From Eledone cirrhosa (taxonomy: Eukaryota), in contig OZ024748.1 of assembly GCA_964016885.1 (NCBI GenBank), positions 56,296,001 to 56,360,000 on the forward strand: a stretch of DNA of 64,000 nucleotides, in the 5' to 3' direction. Position numbers and translations under genes: made by a program. Positions within the stretch are counted from its first letter, which is position 1; each line of letters begins with the position of its first letter. Below the pieces are notes generated by a model. It worked only from the letters and a program-made list of their open reading frames with translations, did no database searches and was not told the DNA's origin. Below, in pieces: positions 14,201 through 30,354 of this stretch.

Positions 14201-14997
14201 GTATTTACTCGCGTATTTACTCATATATATATATATATATTTATTTTATACATATATCAAAATACACACACTCACACAGTTATACATACATACGTATATA
14301 TTTACGTACATATATATACATATATAATTATATATATATATATGGGATGAGACTATGTGGATATAAAACCCTGTGGATATAAAACCCTACAGTGATATTG
14401 TATATATTGTGTTTGAATGTATTGTTCAATTTTAAAAAAAATTCTAATTGGAAGATAATCTAGTTATTTCTCTCATTTGTACTATTGTTACAAATGTACA
14501 CGAATAAACACAATTATGCATACCATATGTGTAGGCCTGCATGTCTCTATATATTCCTATGGTGTTTTTCTTTATACATCCACAAGCATGCATACATATA
14601 TTCACAAACGCATATTTGTACATACACACATGCACATCTATCTATATATATATAAATATATTAATATAAAAATATATATTATATATATTTATAGTAATAA
14701 TAATAATATATATATACATATATATATACGTATACATATATACATATACATACAGGTTTGTGTGAGTATAAATATGCATGCTTAATATATACATATTATA
14801 CCTACTTGTAAACATACACGCAGATACACAATTTAGCGAGAAAGTTTTCATTCAATAACTAATTCAGCAAATATGTTAATACGTATCTAAAATTCAACCC
14901 AGGTAAATCACATATTCATAGTGATGGGACCTGAAGGACACACATATGTTCACATTCCTATACTTGGGCTAAACATATATGTACACAGGCAGTCTTA

Positions 14998-15091
<94 letters not shown>

Positions 15092-15197
15092 CATACATAC
15101 CTACATATATATATGTGTGTATATATATGTATATATGTGTATATATGCATATTTATGTGTATATATGTATATATATGTATATATGTATATATGTGTA

Positions 15198-15248
<51 letters not shown>

Positions 15249-15255
15249 GTGTATA

Positions 15256-15340
<85 letters not shown>

Positions 15341-15392
15341 ATAGACAGGCACGTGGATAGATATTTAATCTATATATATATATATATATATG

Positions 15393-15451
<59 letters not shown>

Positions 15452-15678
15452 CAAAATATCTTGTAATATTGTATATCAATTCAGAATTATATAGCCATGT
15501 TATGCTATTCTATTATAGCATGCTATTATATACGAATGGAATATTCTCATTTCCAACATTACCTACCTACATATTCTATACCTAAATATATATAAATTAA
15601 ATTGTATGAAAATTATATATTTATGTGAACACAATTCACCAAATCCCACTGCACCCACCTAATATCAATTATCACTGG

Positions 15679-15806
<128 letters not shown>

Positions 15807-15945
15807 ATGTATGTATATTTATATGTATATATGTCTATACATATACCAATAAATATGTTGATATAGTTGTATATATATATATATGTATTTATATGTTTAA
15901 CTTCATACCTTACTTTGTCTCTGCCTCTTTATCTATCTATGTATT

Positions 15946-16025
<80 letters not shown>

Positions 16026-16091
16026 CACACACAGACACACATATATGTATACATATATATATATACACACATACTCACACACACATTTATA

Positions 16092-16215
<124 letters not shown>

Positions 16216-16220
16216 TATAT

Positions 16221-16221
<1 letters not shown>

Positions 16222-16283
<62 letters not shown>
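16222..16283. repeat. (GATA)n microsatellite (another at ~24056-24159)
   Basis: Direct reading. Confidence 0.95.
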
Positions 16284-16284
<1 letters not shown>

Positions 16285-16722
16285 GGAAAAAAGTTGAAAT
16301 CGAAAATGCAACTGTAGTCTTTTTTTTAAAATATATATTTATTTGGTTCCTTTACCGGTTTCGCACTTCTGAGATGTGTACCACAGACTCTCCTTCTCAA
16401 TTCTACATTTCACTCCGGATATATAGACACACACCGGCAGAGGGAAAGCGAGAAAGAGAGATCGAGAGCAACAGAAGGAGAGAGGGAGAGACAGAAGGCG
16501 GAGGAGAGTTATAATAGGGAGTCTTGTGAAACATAATCAAATAGTTTAGTTACCATAGTGAAACTTATACATGAATATTATAGAAAACTTATAATTTCTA
16601 CTTTCAATAATGAATCGTATGTATATATATATATATACTAATCTATATATATATATATATATATTTATACATATATATATATATTTATATATATATAAAT
16701 ATATGTTCATATATATATACAA

Positions 16723-16776
<54 letters not shown>

Positions 16777-16778
16777 TC

Positions 16779-16857
<79 letters not shown>

Positions 16858-16895
16858 AACATATATATATATTCATATGTATATACAAATATATA

Positions 16896-16933
<38 letters not shown>

Positions 16934-17185
16934 TATTCATATATGCCCGTAGATAAACATGGAAATCAGAGACTGGATTCTGCATTCGAACTTTCGACGC
17001 TACGCTTCGTTTCTTGAGATATATCTGCAAATCTTTCCCTTTGATTTCACTTGAAAATATATATTTCATATTCATAAAATTATGTATACATTACGAAAAT
17101 ATTGAAGCATATATTCACGTATGTATACAAAACTAAATGTAGTGATGTTAAGATATATATATATTAACAAATAAAACACACACCA

Positions 17186-17221
<36 letters not shown>

Positions 17222-17239
17222 TTATATAAATATATATAT

Positions 17240-17286
<47 letters not shown>

Positions 17287-17333
17287 AATATAAATAATTA
17301 TATATATATATATATACATATATTTATATATAT

Positions 17334-17390
<57 letters not shown>

Positions 17391-17528
17391 AATATAAATA
17401 TATATATATGTATATACATATATTTATATATATACATATATATATATATATTTATATTTATATATATACATATATTTATATTTATATATATATACATATA
17501 TTTATATATATATACATATATTTATATT

Positions 17529-17635
<107 letters not shown>

Positions 17636-17963
17636 AGAGAGAGAGAGAGATAAAAACAGAGTGAGAGGGGTAGAGGTGACACCATAGAGATGAAATCTAC
17701 TGTCCATTTGATGTAATGCAATATTTTAATGTATATTTATAGATAAAATATACATACTTCCTTTGGGACGCTGAACACCTTCGATATCATAACAAATATA
17801 AATACCACAACGACACTACCTTGCCAAATTATTTCACAACAACAACTACAACACAACTCGTCTCTGTTATATTTATATATATATATATATATATAAGCAT
17901 ATATATAAAAAGAAATAAATATATATAAACATATATACATATAAACATATATATATATGTGTG

Positions 17964-18001
<38 letters not shown>

Positions 18002-18065
18002 TATATGTATATATTTGAATACATAAATATATATACGCATTTAAACATATATATATATTTATTAT

Positions 18066-18096
<31 letters not shown>

Positions 18097-18158
18097 GTAC
18101 ACAATAAATAAATATATATAAATATATATACATATAAACATATATATATATATGTATG

Positions 18159-18280
<122 letters not shown>

Positions 18281-18346
18281 TATATTTATATATTTGAATA
18301 AATAAATGTATATACACATATAAACATATATATATATATATATTTA

Positions 18347-18392
<46 letters not shown>

Positions 18393-18836
18393 GTATATAT
18401 ATACATATACATATATATATATAATACGTATATATATATATATATATATACATAATACGTATATACACACACACATATATATATATATATAAATATATAT
18501 ATACATATATACATATATATAGATATGTCTGTGTGTGTAGGTTTTTGGGTCTCTGTGTATACATATGTATTAACAATATGAACAAAATCTAACCATTGAC
18601 TGGAATTGAGAATGAAATTGATTTCTTAACCAAAAATGTTAGATTTTATTGTAATGAAAAAAGTGTAATGGAACGTATATTATCACGTTTTCAGATTTTT
18701 TTTTTCATTTGGTAGAATTTATCTGATGACATTATTCACTCTTATCTCCAGCAATTCGTAATTCATCCGAATAGCAACACAAGGAAATAAGTTTTTGATA
18801 GGGTTTGTATATATATATACATGGATATATATATGG

Positions 18837-18925
<89 letters not shown>

Positions 18926-19141
18926 GTATATGTAGATTGTTATAAATCGTATGTATACGTACACATGGATATGTATATGTATGCAAATAGCTGCGTTTGC
19001 ATATATAAAACTCTATTTGCTATGTTCATGTATGTTATATATTTTTTTTTATTTGTGGCTAATTTATTTCTTGTAGAGATATGTCATTATAAACAACATA
19101 TTATAAAAAGCATTACTATATATACATACGTATAAACATAC

Positions 19142-19258
<117 letters not shown>

Positions 19259-19652
19259 CATATATATAGTATATATATATTGATATTGCTATTTTACAAT
19301 ATAGAATATATAGTTATAATTGTTGAATATAGTAATATCACCGAGAGAAATAATCATATCAAGATCCGTGAAATATACGAAATCAGGTAACTCTTCTATA
19401 TAGGACGAGATCGATTCATCCTTACGATATATCTATGCTAATTTCTAATTAGTATGCAACAGCGTTTCGTTGTAATATTTCCTGTGAAAACACAGTTAGA
19501 ACACGGCTCCGCTTCTTTTCTATAACATGTGAGGAAGACATAGACTCTTTTCCTATTTCCCTCTCTACTACCCTAAGTATTCAGTACCGTGTTGCGTTAT
19601 GGTCAGCCTGGTATCTTACCACAGACTCTGTGTTGCATATGTACATATATGT

Positions 19653-19740
<88 letters not shown>

Positions 19741-20693
19741 GAGAGAGAGAGAGAGGTATGAATGTGTGTCTGAATGCATGTGTGTGTGCATTTGTGTATA
19801 TAATAATAATCATATAAATACAATACAATATAAGTAAAATAGGCTGGCTACCAGGCAATGTGTTCTTTCCTTCAAAAAACATTTGATCAGGTTGATTTTT
19901 TGAATTTTATTTCAAACTTCATTCTATTCTCGATCAACGATTTAATTACATAATGTTCTGTCTCCTTTCAGATGAAGGGCTACCAAGCTACCTATATATC
20001 GAAAAAATGAACCCGTAATAATTGTTGTACAGGAGACAAACCAAGAAAAACATTTCTATTATTTACAGTTTCAACTGCAATCTTCGTATCTTGATTATGT
20101 AATTCATGACATTAATGTAAAATAATAAAGATATTCTCAAAATCCTGAACATTATTTGTTTTATTTTTAATAATAAAACGTAATTAAACGCACATGTAAT
20201 TCATTAGTTTTTGCATATTATTTTCAAATATTTTGTTTTGTTCAAATGTTATTGAAATAGAATTAAATGTTTGTGTTAACTGTTTTATTTGTAAATTCTA
20301 TTATTCATCCTTAAATATATCATCCAATGATTAAGTATTCAACCAATGATTAAGTAATGAATTTGCTAGCAAATTTAGATATAAATAAAAATATTCATCA
20401 TTATTAAATTTAACCATTGGTTGACCCGTGCAGCGTCGACCAACTCTGTTCTGTCTCTAGAAACAGGGAGGGGGAGCTTCGTTTTACATAGCTGCATATG
20501 ATTGTCATCTTATGAGTCCATGGTATAAAGACATAGCATATTTAAAGGTTAAGTCGAAGTGTTTTTAAGATAGAACGAATGAATAGCCATCATATATTTT
20601 AAATATGAATAGAAGATTGACATATCTTATATTTAATCTATTTTTTGTCAAGTGGTGGCTAAATATTAGAAAAGAAACAATTGTTACTAGCAT

Positions 20694-20874
20694 CAGAATC
20701 GGTAGAGCATCGGACAACATGCTTCGCGGCATAGTGTTTCGGGACTTCACATCCTCCGTTCAATTCTTTAAGGGGTCGATGAAATAAAGTCCCAGAAATG
20801 GACAGGGGTCGATTTTACCGACTTCCCCTCCCTTTCAAATTGTTGGCCTTGTGTCAAAAGTAGAAACAATTATT
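20694..20874 (+). mobile_element. Diverged SINE family A-related copy with a longer 3' region
   Basis: cagaatcggtagagcatcggacaacatgct...ggggtcgatgaaataaagt...ggccttgtgtcaaaagtagaaacaatt. Has an extra ggggtcgattttaccgacttcccctccc segment absent from the other copies. Confidence 0.75.
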
Positions 20875-20998
20875 TATAAAACTTTAAATTTTGATACATA
20901 CACAGAAACACACCGACTGAAATCAGGGGTAACCAGAGTAAATAACGTACTCAATACAAAATACAGGAGAGTGAGAACAACGAAACTTTAACAGACAA

Positions 20999-21036
<38 letters not shown>

Positions 21037-21358
21037 GTGCATATGCTTGTATGTATTGAACTATTTTTGTAAAAATTGCCCTCTATATTTGCAAATGACG
21101 TTGTTAAGCAAATATGAATATATAAAAATTATTCTACATGCTTTACAGAATGCTTTCGTTTGTATTATGATATTCTGGATACGATTGTGTTACCAGTCAT
21201 TAGAGTAGACATTATAGAGTTTCTGCATATACATAGCATATATATAATAAGCGGACGTAAAATGATGATGATGATGATGATGATATATATTGATGTTTAC
21301 ATATACATATACACACACGATCACACACGCACACAAAGAAACACACACATACACACAC

Positions 21359-21444
21359 ACATTGTTTCCTCGTTTCGATTCGACTGTCGATATATATATA
21401 TATATATATATATCGACAGTCGAATCGAAACGAGGAAACAATGT
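21359..21444. repeat. Perfect palindrome with (TA)n centre at the truncated 3' end of a SINE B copy
   Basis: acattgtttcctcgtttcgattcgactgtcga-(ta)n-tcgacagtcgaatcgaaacgaggaaacaatgt. Confidence 0.95.
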
Positions 21445-21618
21445 TTCCATTTGTCTTTCCAATTTCTAATACTATCTCTCTGTCCCAACTCCAGGTAGAA
21501 GGAGCAACGTGAAATAGAGTGTCTTGCTCAAGGACAAAACGCATCGCCCGGTTCGGGAATAGAACTCACAACCTCACGATTGTGAATTCACTTCTCTAAC
21601 CACTCAGCCATGAGCCTT
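21413..21618 (-). mobile_element. tRNA-derived SINE, family B
   Basis: Minus strand: TGGCTGAGTGGTTAGAG (A box), GAGTTCTATTCCC (B box), GTCCTTGAGCAAGACACT, TTTCACGTTGCTCC. Homologous to 52075-52376 and 56080-56279. Confidence 0.85.
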
Positions 21619-21673
<55 letters not shown>

Positions 21674-22579
21674 GCGTGTGTGTGTGTGTATGTGTGTATG
21701 TGTGTGTGTGAGTGTGTGTGTGTGTGTTTCTTTGTGTGCGTGTGTGATTGTGTCTGTATATGTATATGTAAACATCAATCGGCCGAATATATAATAGAAC
21801 AGCAGTAGTAATATTGATATAAATAATATAAAAACCATGATTATTGCCACTAATATTTCTAAAAAAATGTTACGTGGATTCAGAATTGTACGAATATATA
21901 GATAGTATCATACAGATAATACAGCTTGCATGGCATAAAGGGTTAAATTTATCGGCCGAACAATGAATATCAGGTCACAGAAAAATAAAAGAGAAGGAAA
22001 TATTACTTTGTTACATAGGCTGTTTCTGATCTTTACATATATAATAGTAAAAACAAATATCAACTTAGAAATATATAACATGGCAAGTTCAAAGAATTGT
22101 GCCAACTCAAGGGCCTATTTCAGGTCACTCAAACAAGACAAAATGACATTAGGTAATATTATAACAACTTTATTCTGAGCTACGTAGACGGAACAAGGCA
22201 TTTTACTTACAGATGAATACTTTTATAGTTCCAAGAGTTTAAATAACTATCTAAGACTGATTCGGATCGCAGATATATGACAATAGAAAAGTAACGCTTT
22301 CCTGTTATGGTGTGCAGAAATATATAATAAGGTTTTATATTAATATACGGAAATATATTACTTTTAAAACTGCAACTTTCATGAGGGTTACATCAGAAAC
22401 TCATAGCTGACCACAGATATATATATACTTACACACATAGATACATACATATATACATACACATACACATACACAAACATAAATTCATCTATATATTTAT
22501 TCGTATATAAACACATACATGTAGTCATGCATACACACAAACAAAGATGAATATATATATATCGAAAAACTCAGTTTAC

Positions 22580-22629
<50 letters not shown>

Positions 22630-22880
22630 TTATATATTGATAAAAAAATGAAGCATATATTCGCTGTTGTAGTTAAGTGGGAAATCGTACTTTTTAATAT
22701 TTGTCATCAAAGGGCTGATATTCATTGATCTTTTCTCATGTGAACTCCGTCTAAGTTATCCACCTGGACCCGTGTACCTATGAGTTGTGCTCGGTGTTTT
22801 GCATGATTGGACATAGAGATATAATCATATGAGAATTCATATACATATATATATGCATATGTATATATATATATGTGTGT

Positions 22881-22936
<56 letters not shown>

Positions 22937-23371
22937 GCATATTTGTGCAGATGTGTGTGTTTTTGTGTTTATGTGTGTGTGAGAGAGAGTTACCAACTAT
23001 CCAGCACTGATCATGTAAAACAATGAATAACGTGAGATATCGTTTCTAAGTACAGTGTTTCTTGGCTCAAGTTATCTAAACCTACCTCCTTTCGTTTGTG
23101 AAGTGTGGTTTGAAAGATTCATGGGTGCCTAGGGGCACATTATCTAAACTTCCTATCTTTGTTTCGATTTCAGACGAATCAAGAATACAGACGCCCAAGA
23201 AGAAGCAACTTCGTTCGCTAGTAATGTTATAACACGTACCGCATAAAGAAAGGTATATCATATGATTGTCTTACGTCATGAAACGGTTATCAGGCTTAAT
23301 GTTCAACTGTTTGCTGCATCTACTCTAAATATACGAAGTTAGTCACAGAATAATTTATATATATATATATA

Positions 23372-24033
23372 TATAAGTATGTATACGTACATACATATAT
23401 GTATACAGACGTAGAGTAGTATGTATATATATATACATGCACACATACATATATGTACGTATGAATTTACCGAACACATATTATAATGACCGGTTTGTTT
23501 GTAAACAAACATCCCGAATTAAGCCGTACAGTGTTTAGCAACCATCGTTGCCCTTTTGTTCAACACTGACAAAGGACCGATGTACTAATATCAAGCTTAT
23601 TAACTATCGTCAGCAACGTATACCTTCCTGCCAGATGATTGAATATCTGAAAGTATATACTTTCCTTATGCATATTAACAGCTGAGTAGCCTAATTTGCA
23701 TATCGAGTGAGTTAATCTGCCGGGCGCACCGAAAACGGTAAATGGAAAGAATGAAACGAAATTTCATTTCTCACTCTTAGTACGGCTGTTACTTAAATAT
23801 ATGTATGTATACGTACATACATATATGTATGCAGACGTACAGTATTATGTATATATATACATACATGCACATGTGTGCACATATGTGCACATGTGTGCAC
23901 ATGTGTGCATGTATGTATATATATACATACTACTGTACGTCTGTATACATATATGTATGTACGTATACATACATATATTTAAGTAACAGCCGTACTAAGA
24001 GGGAGAATGAAATTTCGTTTCATTTTTTCCATT
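23372..24033 (-). mobile_element. ~420-bp HHR-bearing repeat unit (retrozyme/pLTR-like), ~1.2 units plus fold-back inversion (23741-24033)
   Basis: Homologous to 35986-36729. Minus HHR-like motif at 23578-23618 (cgttg-CTGACGA-tagt-taataa-gctt-GATA-ttag-TA-catcg; GAAA mutated). aatggaaagaatgaaacgaaatttc... is mirrored by ...gaaatttcgtttcattttttccatt. Confidence 0.8.
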
Positions 24034-24054
24034 CATATATACATATATATACAT

Positions 24055-24149
<95 letters not shown>

Positions 24150-24591
24150 GATAGATAGACCGAGAGACAGACACAGGTATATATATATAAATGTATATAT
24201 GTATGTATATGTAGATTCAGTTAATCAATTCTAGACCAGTTTCCCGAACAGATTGTACTTCATGAGGACAGCGAACGAAGCATTCAAGGCGGATATATTA
24301 TCATAGTTTTCGTGAAGCCAGTTGCGAGAGTGTATTCCCTTTGTCCGAACTGAGAGGTATGTTTTTGTGGAAGGATTTGCCTAATTATAGATTAGGTCGG
24401 GATTACCTAAACTTAAAAATCTCCTCTACTTCTAGTATCGTCATGGGGTATACATTTTTATCTAGATAACAGGGTAAATGGTTAGTGTGAATAACCCAAC
24501 GAAATCTAAGTACCTCAACGTGTCACTGATATTACTAATTATCCTAAAACTCTTACACTTCGATATATATAACAAATTTGTACTACAGTAC

Positions 24592-24656
<65 letters not shown>

Positions 24657-24687
24657 AAATAATATAAAATATATATAAAATTTATAT

Positions 24688-24731
<44 letters not shown>

Positions 24732-24735
24732 AATA

Positions 24736-24770
<35 letters not shown>

Positions 24771-24774
24771 AATA

Positions 24775-24806
<32 letters not shown>

Positions 24807-24832
24807 TATAAAATATATATATAATATAAAAA

Positions 24833-25043
24833 AAACGAAAAATCAGGACTCAGTTTATTGCGTGTTACAATTGTTTCGCCGGCAGGTAACTCGAGACATG
24901 AGCACTGCATGGATCTGGCTGATTCTACGGCTGCAGATTCGTTCGGACACGGACAATTCGTTCGGACCAAATGTTCTACCTGCCAGCGAAACAATTGTAA
25001 GATGAAATAAACTGAGTCCGGATGCATCACTGATTTTTCGTTT
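24833..25043. repeat. Inverted repeat (~55-bp arms, ~90-bp spacer) with HHR 3'-half-like GAAA-caattg-TA
   Basis: aaacgaaaaatcag..gactcagttta..ttacaattgtttcgccggcaggta versus tacctgccagcgaaacaattgtaa..taaactgagtc..ctgatttttcgttt. Confidence 0.8.
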
Positions 25044-25194
25044 GTTTATACTATCCACATTCTACTCTGTATGAATATTGAGTGGTAATTTACCGCCTAT
25101 GGAAGCACCATAGCTACCATTATACACAAGTATATATATATATATAAATATAGGAAAAATGAGTGCTCTATGTATTGAACGGAGCTATTTAATT

Positions 25195-25451
25195 AGAAAT
25201 TGAACAATACAAAATATAGCTACTCCATTACCAAAGGTTTCTGGATCACAGACGATAGTAATAAACGTCTGGATCGGTCGTCAGACAGAGATGTTATAGA
25301 TAAAATATATGAAATGAGATTTAAAATCTCATTTCATAACTTTTATCTATAACATCTCTGTCTGACGACCGATCCAGACGTTTATTATTATCGTCTGTGA
25401 TCCAGAAACCTTTGGTAATGGAGTAGTTATATTTTGTATTGTTCAATTTCT
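25195..25451. repeat. Near-perfect 257-bp palindrome (128-bp arms, 1-nt spacer at 25323)
   Basis: Arms compared by eye show about four mismatches. Centre gagattt-a-aaatctc. (TA)n lies directly to the right. Confidence 0.95.
25356..25423 (+). ncRNA. Type I hammerhead ribozyme-like motif (mirror copy on minus strand in the left arm)
   Basis: ctctgt-CTGACGA-[c-cgatc-cagacg...cgtctg-t-gatc-ca]-GAAA-cc-ttt-gg-TA-atggag. Stem I is 6 bp with G-U pairs; stem III is ACC/GGT. The base of stem II is non-canonical. Confidence 0.65.
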
Positions 25452-25457
25452 GATATA

Positions 25458-25530
<73 letters not shown>

Positions 25531-25627
25531 TATATATATATATATGTGTGTGTGTGAATGTGTGTTCTGCGTGCGTGCCGCTGAGATTGTGTGTTTATTT
25601 TATGTATGTACACATTTATATGTATAT

Positions 25628-25716
<89 letters not shown>

Positions 25717-25996
25717 TAAGCATGTGTTGATGACCGCGTGAGTGTGTATTTAAATGCGCAAATTAAGTGTCTGTGCCAAAACATCTACATATTTAAATAC
25801 CGGTATATTTCGTGAGGAGACTTAAAATTGAACATAGATTGTAAGCAGGTTGGGGTGTGTTGAAACATCTAATATCTATAAAAATGTCGTATATAAAAAA
25901 AGCACAAAAAGTTTCACACACTGACACACACACACGCACGCACACACACGCACACACATATATATATTCATATATACACATACACCTGTGTTTCAG

Positions 25997-26118
<122 letters not shown>

Positions 26119-26184
26119 ATATTTATATATATATAAATACATATAAATATATATATACGTATATATATAAATATATATATATAC

Positions 26185-26260
<76 letters not shown>

Positions 26261-29200
26261 TAATATATATATGAATGTATACAAGCATTACAAGTATATA
26301 TATGCATATACCTACACAGGAGTACTAAGTAAGCAGAGAAAAATACGATTTAGGATGAAATAAATTAAGAAAATGTAAGGAAGAAAATAAATTAAAGAAA
26401 ATATCTTCTTTTTGAAAGACAGACAAAGAGGAGGAGAAATAGAATAAGAAAATCTAGTGAAACTATTAACGAAGGGCAACGAATAATAATAAAGAAGAAC
26501 ATTCCCACCTAAGAATGAAATTCAATGAAGCAAAACCCATTGCTATACCTACTGTATACGTTTGCACTTAACCACGTCACACACATGTGGATGACTGAAA
26601 CAGGTAAAAGAGTAAAATAGTATATATATGTGTGAGTGTGTCTGTGTATATATATATATATAGATAGATCTATATATATATATAAGTATATATATATATA
26701 TGTATATATATATATGCATGTATATGCATATATGTAATATATATATACATCTATACATACATATGCACATATATACATGTATACTTATGTATATATATAT
26801 ATATATATATATAATATATTGTGAGTCTTAAATTAGTTTATCAATTCTCATGATGCCATGACTGTTGCTATAATTGATATTAATATATTTTAGCTTTTGT
26901 GACGAGAATCTTTCAAAGTGTCATGGTGGAATCGCCATGGACTCAACCTGCAACAAAAGAAGACTAAATTGATATCAAAGCCAAGTTAGATATATCAGCC
27001 TAGCAGTACAGCATCTTTTTTTTATATATATGTGTATTTTTTCTAGTTTATATTTCCTCTTTTTTCAATTTCTAGGCACTTACGTTATTAGGTTTTATGT
27101 AAATGATATCCTTTGATGCTGATTGGGATTTTCCCTCGAATATTACCAGCCTTAAGAGACGCTAATGTAGATTTGTTTGTTTGCTCTATGTATAATTCAT
27201 GAAAACATATTGGTAGCCTCAGATTAGAGAGCTGCTCTTCCTTTTTCACTGGAAAATCTATGCAGTTAAATATTTGCACACAATGACAAACTATGCACAG
27301 AAATTCTATGAATCTTTCCGATTTGATTATATCTTCATTATATTTCTTTTGGATGATATTAAGGTTGTAGATTTGATTGGGAAAACAAGCAAAGAACACA
27401 GGGGAGGAATATAAAAGAAAGGATAATCATGTTTAATTATTGATTATAAATTGATCAATTAGTATATATTATGAAAGAGAGATTTCTGATCAACTTGTTT
27501 GTATGAGATCATAGACAACAAAAGAAACATTACGTAGTTTTGCTTGATTCCTGGCAAGCGATGTTGGCCGATCAATATTTTAAAGAAAGTCATTATCATA
27601 AGTTTACTAAACTCATTTTATTCTACTGATGGAATTTGGATAGCTCCTAACTTATCCAGAAAATCGTTCTTGCGGGTGGTCTTGAGATTCTATGCAATTT
27701 GGGACAGCTCTCGTGTTATTTTGCAAACGGATTATAAATACTCGTAAATCTATTTCCTTAATTACAATGTCTTTTCATTTTTATGTTTTCTCGTTATTTC
27801 CCATTGAAATGGCTCCATGCTTCTGTTAAATTAACTTAATAAATGTTTGCAAACACCGATTTATTATCTAGTTTTCTTTTATTATTATCAACGTTTACAT
27901 TTTTTTCTTTCTGTACTTCATTTTCTTATAAATTGGGGTGAAGACTATGGATTTTCGATCATATTCAACGTTCAGTGATTGACTAAATGCTCCATTACTT
28001 AATCAGGGTGATGAAATAGAGAATATGTTTGCTTTCAATATCCATAATTTATGAGTTGAGTTGAAAGTCAATTCTACTTGAACCTGGATTCTAACGAAAA
28101 ACATCTCGAAGATGTTTCAAAACCTATTTATCTACGAATACATGTATCCAAATGCCTGGAATATCACAATGGGTTATTTGTATGAGTGTGTCTAAGAAAT
28201 GTTACTACTTTCAGCTTCCGGACAGGTGAGCAAAGGTAGTTTTGCATCAAATACTTTAACCAATAACAATACAAAAAAAAAAAGAAGGTAACTGTAGTAG
28301 ACATAACATTTCAACCACTCTAACCTCATCACTGGTTCAGTCAATTCTTATTCTGTTCTGTATAAGTTATCACTAATATGATTTATATAATGATTGTAAT
28401 ATATAGAAATTGTCACTTATATGTGTTGAGGTTTTCTGTAATATCAAACCTTCAATATATATATATATATATATATATATAAGTGCGTATGTATGCGAGT
28501 GTTTGAATGTGATAAAACCTTTTATATATAGTATATAGTAAACATGTAATATATGTCATGGAGTTTTGTCTGTGTACGGTGCAAGGAACTACATATAATG
28601 ATATTTTCATATAACAGAGGCAGGTATGATATTAATTACCCAGGATAGACGTTGATCTCGCGAAGAGGATTTACCTCTATATTTCACTCAAATCTACAGA
28701 GAGATAACCTAGATATTATTGTTGTTTTCAAGTTGTTGATGATTTGATATTCCATTCTAACTAACTCTTATTTCTGTATATCAAGGAGGACATTCTCCCT
28801 TATATGCTGCTTTATTTAAACGATATGTTGTGTGAATTGAGGGAAATTTGTTTGTTATTTCTAGTAGCTAGCATAATCAGGTAAAAGCTATTTATTTAGT
28901 TCCTGGGTCATCATAAACAAACGAACAAAGCCAATCTAAGTTCGAACAAAAGCGTTTTCTGATGGTGCCACAAAACTTGTTAACATGACAAATAGATTTG
29001 ATGCATGGAATATATTACACAGACGGCTTCAATTTCAAATATTGTATAGAACATAGAGATAACTGTGGTGATTATAGATAATATTCTGATTGGGTGTTAT
29101 AAACTCAGTTTCATATATTATCAACATATTATCAACTCAGTTTCATTGTTATATTCTTGAATTGTTTCATATGACAACTTTGTGCTTACTTTGTTTCCAA

Positions 29201-30354
29201 CGTTCCCTTTCAATAGACTGAATGTGTTTAAACTCCGTTAAATTGAAAAAAAGCAACAACAAAAATCACGCAAATTTATTCATTTTCACTCTCCTGCTCA
29301 TGTATATCCTCCATTGATTTAAATTTATAAAAATTTAAAACGAAACAATTCAAAAACATCCTCGCTTCTAAACTACTCCGCCCAACCTAACCAAATAGAT
29401 TTGGCGACCATGGGCATAGCCCCTTTCTTTAGTTCAACAAATAAAAATACGACAATTTATGTAATGAGAGCGTAAAAGTTCAAAAGAGCAAATGCGATAT
29501 ACCACTAAACACATCCCTCAACTAAATTTTCAACTCCCACTTTTCCTCATCCCCTTTCTCTCCGCATACCTCCTCTTTCTTTACTTTGCCCTTATTTCTA
29601 ACACTATCATTTCCATCTCGTTTCCTCGCTGACGGCAATGACAGGAAGGAAGAGACAACAAAATGAATTATAAAAACTTACAAGTAAAAATAATGAAAAA
29701 ATAGTAAAATTTAAAATGAAACGAAGGAAAAAAATATTTATGTCTTAAAAATAAACGTTTAGTGTCAAATCGTTTGACTTTTTACTGACAGACACAGTTA
29801 CTTGTGGCTATCCACAGACGAGTGTCGGAACAACAGAGACGAGATATTTTAAGATGGTGGCAGGACAAGAGAGATAATGAGAGAGAGGAAACAAGATAAA
29901 GACGATCAAAATAAATAAACAAACAAGCGAAAAGATAATGGTGGTTGTGGGAAGGAAGAGGCATTTATGTTGAAAAGAAAATGAAAAAATTTAAAAATTT
30001 TAAACGCAACCTTAAAATAGGGTTAGGGAGCAATAAGCATGAAGTGAATGCGAAAATTATTGTTCCGTTCAGACGGCGAAGCTTTTGTTTAATTTTGATT
30101 TTATTTTTTTACTTTCACTTTGCGTTTTCGCCCTCAAGCTAAAAGGCGATAATTTTAAATTCTGTTTAGTGTTTCAATGACTGTATTTGCGCGACGAGTA
30201 GAGGAGATGGGGATAAGGTTTTTAAATAGTTATTTTTTAATTTTTTGAAAATCACTTTAGATACTTTATTTTTGTTTCCCATTCTTAACGTTTATGTTTT
30301 TAGTTGTTTAAGCTGTTTAAAAAAACATTGCCTGCGTTATTGTCATTGGCTGTG

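Noticed and set aside
14352-14388. Tandem duplication tgtggatataaaaccc x2 with a TATAAAA box
   Set aside because: Simple local duplication; TATA-like words are uninformative in such AT-rich DNA.
27088-27760. Possible decayed RT fragment on the minus strand
   Set aside because: Only vague resemblance to a PLE RT thumb region; no diagnostic motif could be read.
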